A DNA stretch of 64,000 nt from assembly GCA_046045965.1 (NCBI GenBank), contig JBJOKS010000008.1, positions 32,001 to 96,000 of the forward strand, read 5' to 3'. The position numbers and the translations under genes were made by a program. Shown here piece after piece: positions 58,801 through 64,000 of this stretch. This DNA comes from Cyanobacteriota bacterium. Lineage in GTDB: Bacteria; Cyanobacteriota; Cyanobacteriia; Cyanobacteriales; Nostocaceae. The notes beneath the pieces were generated by a model, which was not told where the DNA came from, searched no databases, and was given only the letters and a program-made list of their open reading frames with translations. Each line of letters opens with the position of its first letter. The stretch's first letter is position 1.

Positions 58801-61759
58801 GTTCGTCTTCCGTTAATTGTGCCGATAACTTCAGTTCTTGAGTTAATCCTTCTGTATCACCTTGATTCAGTAAGTTAACAACCAAACTTGAGCTTTCTTT
58901 GACAGTGTTCTCATATTTGCTTTTGGAAGTATCGATCCAATAACTTTCCCTCTGAAAGGGATAGGTGGGCAATGCTACCTTCTGACAGCTATACTCTTGC
59001 TCCAACCCTGACCAATTTACCTTCACTCCCTGCACATACAACTGCCCTAAACTTTCTAACATCTGCTGCCATTCTTCTTGAGGAGGACGCAGCGAAGGCA
59101 ACCAAACTCCCACTTCTTCTGGTAGACATTGATGCCCCATCCCCAGCAAAATGGGCTTGGGTCCGATTTCCAAGAACAGTTTATAACCTTGATCATGCAG
59201 AGTTTTCATACTCTCGGCAAACCGCACTGGTTGCGTGACATGATTCACCCAATATTCGGCAGTAGTCATTTCCGAATCCACTTGTTTGCCAGTGACATTA
59301 GAAATAAGTGGTATTCGAGGGTTGTTGTAGGTGACTTGTTTGGCTACAGCTTCAAACTCTGCCAGCATTGGTTCCATCAGAGGGGAGTGGAAAGCATGAG
59401 AGACCTGTAGGGGTTTGGTCTTCAGTCCCATAGCTTCTAACTTGCTACAAATATCTCTGATGACATGACTCACACCTGAAATCACGATGCTGTTGGGACC
59501 ATTGATGGCAGCTATAGCTACTTGTGAAGTATAGTCTGCTAGAGTCTCTCTTAAGAGCGATTCTGATGCCATCACTGAAACCATTTCTCCTCCTGGGGGC
59601 AACTGTTGCATTAACCGCCCCCTTGTCGCTATCAGTTTCAGAGCGTCTTCTAAACTAAAAATTCCTGCCACACAAGCTGCTACATATTCCCCGACACTGT
59701 GACCCATGACGACATCTGGCTTAATGCCCCAGGATTCCCATAACTTAGCTAGGGCATATTCAAAGGCAAATAGCGCAGGTTGGGTATAAGCGGTTTGGTC
59801 TAGTTGCTTTGATTTGGATTCATCTATAGTGTGAGGATAAAGAACTTCTAGTAGAGGATGTTCTAACTCCGTTCGGAGGATTTGGTCACATTGGTCTAGG
59901 GCTTGACGGAAAACTGGCTGTGTTTGATACAGTCGCCGTCCCATGTTTAGATATTGGCTCCCTTGTCCGGTGAAGAGGAATGCCACTTTGGGTACACTGG
60001 TGCTGCTAGGGAGTTCTTTTGAGAAGACTCCGGCTACTTCTTCTCCGGCAGCATAGTTGAGCAGTTTTTCGGCTAATTCCTGTTGGTTGTAGGCGATCAC
60101 GGCTAAACGATGGTTAAAGTGCGATCGCCCTGTGTTGGCAGTGTAACAAATGTTGGTGATCGGATCTTGTCTGTGAGTTTTCAGATGATTGTGATAAAGA
60201 CTGACTAACTCATCAAGAGCTTTTTCTGTTCTTGCTGACAGCGTTAATATATGTGGACGCTCTAAAGAATCCTCATGTTTAATTTTTGAAGTTTGAATTT
60301 TGATTTCAATTGGTGCTTCTTCTAGAACCAGATGAGCATTAACTCCACCAAAACCGAAGGAACTTATACCAGCCCGCCGTGGAATCACCTCTTTTGTTTC
60401 TGTCTCTAACTGCTGCCATTCTTGAGTTTCACAGACTATATAAAAGGGGCTACCCTCTAACTCAATGCGTGGATTTAATTGCTGAAAGTTAGTTATCTTG
60501 GGCAATTTCCTATGCTTCATTGCTAATAGGACTTTAATCACCCCAGCAATTCCAGATGCTGGTTCCAAATGCCCAATATTTGTTTTAACTGCTCCTAGTC
60601 CACAATAGGGCTTTTGCAAGCTGGGTAACTCATACTGCTGATGCAGCTTTCTAAAGCTTCGTTTCAGGGCATTAATTTCAATTGGGTCTCCCAAGGGTGT
60701 GCCAGTACCATGAGTTTCAATATAAGAGACTGTATTAGGAGCGATATTAGCTTTAGTATACGCAGCCAGAACCACTTGGGATTGGGCATAAATATTTGGA
60801 GAAGTTAGGGTTCGTGCCTTGCCACCATGATTGACAGCACTGCCTTTGATTACACCGTAGATGTGATCGTTGTCCTCAATCGCTTTGATCAGAGGCTTTA
60901 ATAAAATTACCCCTGCGCCTTCTCCCCTAACATAGCCATCTGCTTGACTGTCAAATGTTTTGCACTGTTCGGTGGGAGATAACATCCCCAATTGACTAAA
61001 GGAGATGTAACTTGTAGGCGTACACAAAACACTTACTCCACCCACCAGTGCCATCTCACATTCGGATTCTTTGATAGAATTGATGGCTTGATGAATTGCT
61101 ACTAGTGAACTGGAGCAAGCTGTGTCTACAGGTACACTAGGACCATGAAAATTGAAAAAGTAGGAAATTCGATTGGCAATGATGGTGGTATAAGTTCCTG
61201 TTGCAGTATGCCCTTCAATCAATTTTTCATCCTGGTACTGTAACTGATCGTAGTCATGGTTACAAACTCCAAGAAACACACCTACAGGACTACCAGACAG
61301 GTCTAATGGCGAATATCCAGCGTCTTCTAAACAAGACCAACTCAACTCCAGCATGATTCTTTGCTGAGGGTCCATGCGTTGCGCTTCTCTAGGGGAAATG
61401 CCGAAAAATTCGGCATCAAATTTGTCTACCCCTTCAATTATTCCTCCCCATTTACTGATGCTTTTGTGTGGCTCTTGAGGATTGGGAGAATAATACTTCT
61501 GCACATCCCACCTCTGGGGGGGAATTTCGGTGATGCTATTGACTCCTGCTTCCAGGTTGAGCCAGAATTGCTCGTAATTATTAGCTCCTGGAAAGCGACA
61601 ACCAATACCTATAATAGCGATAGCGAAGCGATCCGTAGGAATCGCTTCACTCTTGTGTTGCTCTGTTTCTTCAGTTTGGTTGGTTGGTTGCTTTTGTATT
61701 TCCACTTCTTGTTGACTGGAAGAAAAATTCTCTTGATCTTGTTGGGAATTTTGATTCAT
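55877..61759 (-). CDS. Type I PKS module KS-AT-O-methyltransferase-KR-ACP [PKS1]
   Basis: Divergent KS (DTACSSS, HGTGT, GHLE); [20 protein letters not shown] and [21 protein letters not shown]. Confidence 0.9.
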   Translation of the reverse strand: MNQNSQQDQENFSSSQQEVEIQKQPTNQTEETEQHKSEAIPTDRFAIAIIGIGCRFPGANNYEQFWLNLEAGVNSITEIPPQRWDVQKYYSPNPQEPHKSISKWGGIIEGVDKFDAEFFGISPREAQRMDPQQRIMLELSWSCLEDAGYSPLDLSGSPVGVFLGVCNHDYDQLQYQDEKLIEGHTATGTYTTIIANRISYFFNFHGPSVPVDTACSSSLVAIHQAINSIKESECEMALVGGVSVLCTPTSYISFSQLGMLSPTEQCKTFDSQADGYVRGEGAGVILLKPLIKAIEDNDHIYGVIKGSAVNHGGKARTLTSPNIYAQSQVVLAAYTKANIAPNTVSYIETHGTGTPLGDPIEINALKRSFRKLHQQYELPSLQKPYCGLGAVKTNIGHLEPASGIAGVIKVLLAMKHRKLPKITNFQQLNPRIELEGSPFYIVCETQEWQQLETETKEVIPRRAGISSFGFGGVNAHLVLEEAPIEIKIQTSKIKHEDSLERPHILTLSARTEKALDELVSLYHNHLKTHRQDPITNICYTANTGRSHFNHRLAVIAYNQQELAEKLLNYAAGEEVAGVFSKELPSSTSVPKVAFLFTGQGSQYLNMGRRLYQTQPVFRQALDQCDQILRTELEHPLLEVLYPHTIDESKSKQLDQTAYTQPALFAFEYALAKLWESWGIKPDVVMGHSVGEYVAACVAGIFSLEDALKLIATRGRLMQQLPPGGEMVSVMASESLLRETLADYTSQVAIAAINGPNSIVISGVSHVIRDICSKLEAMGLKTKPLQVSHAFHSPLMEPMLAEFEAVAKQVTYNNPRIPLISNVTGKQVDSEMTTAEYWVNHVTQPVRFAESMKTLHDQGYKLFLEIGPKPILLGMGHQCLPEEVGVWLPSLRPPQEEWQQMLESLGQLYVQGVKVNWSGLEQEYSCQKVALPTYPFQRESYWIDTSKSKYENTVKESSSLVVNLLNQGDTEGLTQELKLSAQLTEDEQKLLPKLLRILTERHQNSSQFKGNVVHDYYNSFTEVSKAKLSQEEQTEGKSLQFITFGILPEIIPGFCWVKVFTNPHQNPTYQTALLESQKELRNLCFAQVDFSSCQKVLDFGCGYGSDLITLGKTYPHLQLNGYTISSEQAKFATSQIHAYQLQEQIQVFNRDSSKDEFPDHYNLVFGFEVAHHIKNKSLLFSNISRHLQEAGLLVMADFIANGDFDIDHEETSSYFITKQHWVEQLSTNHLQLIQAIDISQEIANYLEDPEFEDNLHELEQKSHDENIKSAFRSYNQLGKLLRKGLASYVLLTAKKQEEIPKQQIYQLNQQILSQLLSYSEVAVKQWVYELKWKVTQSPQKKSISPKETGNWLIFAADEPTQELKTVLEAQNQNCVIVTPGSSYNQLDKQHYQLNPTNAQEFKQLIKELLTTQNKLVGVVHLWSINTSTEELETAQELGCASVLHLVQAMGSDPRSVVPLWLVTQETQNVEENQQQVKVQQAPLWGLGRVIALEHPELKCRRVDVDQTQSSETLEALAKEILNPDDEDQIAIRGKERYVARLVRRSPDQISEQQQQITLKPEASYLVTGGLGALGLEVAQWMIKQGARHIVLTGRRPPSARVQETIQQLEQTGAKISVRLGDISEEQDVASILKLIEESPAPLRGVIHAAGIIDDGVLQQMNWERFRKVMAPKLQGAWHLHHLTQKLPLDFFVCFSSITSLLGSAGQGNYAAANAFMDALAYYRQSMGLPGLTINWGAWEQGGMAARLGSQHQNRLRATGMSFITQEKGLQILGELLSQPVSQVGVFPINWSRFAEHLPGGVKMPCLEALVSKQQKETKSQEVLEQLKAAVEIERHQIMIHYLQVKIGNLLGFSKSQLPQPELGFFRMGMDSLIAVELRNLLSSTFGCSISTATLFETSNIQDLAEYLIKEIFPEGQDQELELKNSQNLPNVPPPNRETPEEIDIAIAAELQEIQALLKEEN

Positions 61760-62049
61760 TTCAACCCCTTACTCTGAGTGCGGAAACTTTTTAAGAATAT
61801 ATCCCTCTTCTGTCACTTTTCCTAACTAAATAAAGTGACTTAACCCTGGTAACACAATAGTTTTATTCCTAAGTAATGATTAGATAAATCACATTAGAAA
61901 ATAAAACCAAAAACCCATTCCCAGTGAGAGTTTTAAAAATTGTCTTCGATTGTTGTTTGCGGAAAGTGACAAAAGCGGGATCACCTCAAATATCACTTCT
62001 CACTGGGGATAAGAGAACTCGACACGGCTTTAATTCCAGCCCGGCGTTA

Positions 62050-64000
62050 CTAGTCAAAAAGTCTTCGCTTTCTAGATTTTTTGGGACGGATAATCACAAT
62101 CACTGGCTGTACATCATCATCTATTTCCCCTACTTCCTTTAGAGCATAAATTGTTTGTGCTACTTTTTTCCAAAGTTGACCCTCACCTTGTACAAAATCG
62201 CGGATATAATCCTTTTTCTGTCTGCCGAATTCAAGAATAATAGTGTTGGCTTTTTTCCCTCTACTTTCTTGATTGTTAATTTCTTGATCATTATCTGGGT
62301 TCAGGTCGGATTGAATGGATTCTACGTCGATTAACTCTAGGATTTCCCACTCATTAATTCCTAGCCCGTTAGCAAGAATTATGCCACCGCCACCTTGTTG
62401 AATAGAGATGTATTTACCGTGACAACCCTTGATTGCTACCTTGTTGTCTCCCAATTCAATCAAGTCCAGCATTTCCCATTCTTGAATGTCATCAACCCAG
62501 GTAAAGTTACCATCTGGATTTATGCTGAGGTATTGTTCTTGGAGGGGAGCTTTTAAGGCAAATTTACCATTTTCCAAGGTAATCAACCTGAAGGACTCCC
62601 AGTCGCTAATTTGAGAACTATTCGCTAAAAGTGAACTACCGCCACCATTTTCTGCTACTAAATATTGTCCGTTAGGAACCTGAAAGGCTACCAGTTGGAA
62701 TGTATAGCTTGAAGGTGGTGTTGGTTCTTCATCATCAGTGAGTTCTTCATCATCAGTGAGTTCTTCATCATCAGTGAGTTCTTCATCATCAGTCGATTCT
62801 TCATCATCAGTGAGTTCTTCATCATCAGTCGATTCTTCATCATCAGTGAGTTCTTCATCATCAGTGAGTTCTTCATCATCAGTCGATTCTTCATCATCAG
62901 TCAGTTCTTCATCATCAGTCGATTCTTCATCATCAGTGAGTTCTTCATCATCAGTCGATTCTTCATCATCAGTGAGTTCTTCATCATCAGTCAGTTCTTC
63001 ATCATCAGTCAGTTCTTCATCATCAGTGAGTTCTTCATCATCAGTGAGTTCTTCATCATCAGTCAGTTCTTCATCATCAGTCGCTTCTATTTCAGGATGT
63101 TGCTGACTTCCGCTCTTAAATAGCAACCGCAAATAATCAATCCAATGGAAACCATCACCTCCATCGGTGGTTATTGTCAATGTATGTTCACCCTGTTCAA
63201 GCGCACCTAAAGGGATTTGGTTTTGTTTGAGTATCCCTTCACCGGCTCCTACAATATTGGTCAGGTTATTTCCATCCAGAGATAGAGTATCTGTTTCTGA
63301 GCCAAAAAAATCATAGCCGAGTATCAGTTCGCCTTCATCATAATTACGCTCTAGCATGAAGCGAATATTTAGCTTATCGGTTGCAGCAAGCGATTTCCCA
63401 TTGAGCTTAGGTTTCTTCTTTAACCCTGGTTTTAGTAACAAGAAGGGCATCTTAGAGTTATTTACCGAGTCTTCCTCTGATCCGATGACATAGTTAACCT
63501 CCTTTTTCCATCCACCTAGTTGTGAAGATTCCTTGCCAATTTGACCAGGGTAGCCGATTTGCCAGAGTATTTGTGTTTCATCGTCTTCAGGAATTACTGA
63601 TGGAATGACTTGAGTTGTTTGCTCTTGTGAAGTAAATGATACTAAATTTCCCTTGACTGTTAATGAATAAATGCGATTAGTTGAATTAGAAAATGCTGTC
63701 GGGGCAGCGCCTGATGCTGTATACAAAACTGTCCCACTTAAGTTGCCCAAAGACGAAGGACTCTTAGCATCTAGAAAGAAACTCACAGAACCTGCTTGTG
63801 GATGGTATAAACCAACAAAATCACCGTTGTTAACTTTAAGCGGTGTAGAAAGTGAAAAACGGTTTAATCCCACAACAGGGGTTTGAAGCTCACTTTTCCC
63901 CACAACTGACCAAACATTTGCCTCTTTTCTGTAAATAATTAGTTGCACAGGTAAGGTCTTTTCTGAACAAATTGCCCACTCAGTTAATTCGCCATTGCCA
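62050..64000 (-). CDS. Multidomain protein (beta-sandwich/CBM-like domains, acidic repeat linker, fascin-like beta-trefoil), 5' end outside the window
   Basis: The frame stays open past 63948 to the window edge (GNGELTEWAICSEKTLPVQL...). It contains an LWQIG...IDYLRL domain and the fascin-like segment NGQYLVAENGGG...WESFRL...ALK...GKYIS. Confidence 0.7.
   Translation of the reverse strand, partial: GNGELTEWAICSEKTLPVQLIIYRKEANVWSVVGKSELQTPVVGLNRFSLSTPLKVNNGDFVGLYHPQAGSVSFFLDAKSPSSLGNLSGTVLYTASGAAPTAFSNSTNRIYSLTVKGNLVSFTSQEQTTQVIPSVIPEDDETQILWQIGYPGQIGKESSQLGGWKKEVNYVIGSEEDSVNNSKMPFLLLKPGLKKKPKLNGKSLAATDKLNIRFMLERNYDEGELILGYDFFGSETDTLSLDGNNLTNIVGAGEGILKQNQIPLGALEQGEHTLTITTDGGDGFHWIDYLRLLFKSGSQQHPEIEATDDEELTDDEELTDDEELTDDEELTDDEELTDDEELTDDEESTDDEELTDDEESTDDEELTDDEESTDDEELTDDEELTDDEESTDDEELTDDEESTDDEELTDDEELTDDEELTDDEEPTPPSSYTFQLVAFQVPNGQYLVAENGGGSSLLANSSQISDWESFRLITLENGKFALKAPLQEQYLSINPDGNFTWVDDIQEWEMLDLIELGDNKVAIKGCHGKYISIQQGGGGIILANGLGINEWEILELIDVESIQSDLNPDNDQEINNQESRGKKANTIILEFGRQKKDYIRDFVQGEGQLWKKVAQTIYALKEVGEIDDDVQPVIVIIRPKKSRKRRLFD
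62722..63081 (-). repeat. Coding 18-bp tandem repeat, 20 copies, encoding TDDEE(L/S/P)
   Basis: Plus-strand unit TTCTTCATCATCAGT+(GAG/CAG/CGA) repeated. Confidence 0.95.

Noticed and set aside
61920..62007. 10-bp inverted repeat CCCAGTGAGA/TCTCACTGGG upstream of PKS1 as a riboswitch or leader RNA
   Set aside because: It is a single short stem with a 68-nt spacer and no recognisable aptamer motif, which is insufficient evidence.
62722..63081. Possible CRISPR array
   Set aside because: The 18-bp units are contiguous with no unique spacers, they are in frame within a CDS, and no cas genes are present.
62688..63106. Ser-rich and MMKN-repeat ORFs
   Set aside because: They are alternative-frame or antisense readings of the 18-bp repeat.

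Overview
AT-rich genomic window from a heterocystous (Nostocales-like) cyanobacterium, judged from frequent HIP1 GCGATCGC octamers, 7-bp STRR repeats, psaK, acsF and a Mn-catalase. Left (1-14 kb): a divergent cell-surface polysaccharide locus with an ABC exporter, GT8, GT4, two DegT aminotransferases, an epimerase, an oxidoreductase, two acyltransferases, wzc and a WecB/TagA GT. Middle (14-32 kb): psaK hit by a 547-bp non-coding IS200/IS605 derivative, an M50-CBS protease, katB, a low-oxygen tetrapyrrole trio (hemN, heme oxygenase, acsF), recN, a PEP-CTERM-like surface protein, housekeeping genes and several MITE/REP-like repeats. Right (32.5-64 kb): a minus-strand cluster of five single-module cis-AT PKS genes, in transcription order KS-AT-OMT-KR-ACP, KS-AT-DH-ER-KR-ACP, KS-(dead AT)-(dead ACP), KS-AT-OMT-KR-ACP and KS-AT-KR-ACP-ST-TE. 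A DUF6208-like gene follows the cluster, and a partial acidic-repeat/fascin protein precedes it. The best candidate for an undescribed system is this PKS line. Its logic predicts a 4-methoxy-1-alkene terminus and, if module 4 iterates, matches the cyanobacterial isotactic polymethoxy-1-alkenes. That assignment is inference and is not demonstrated here.
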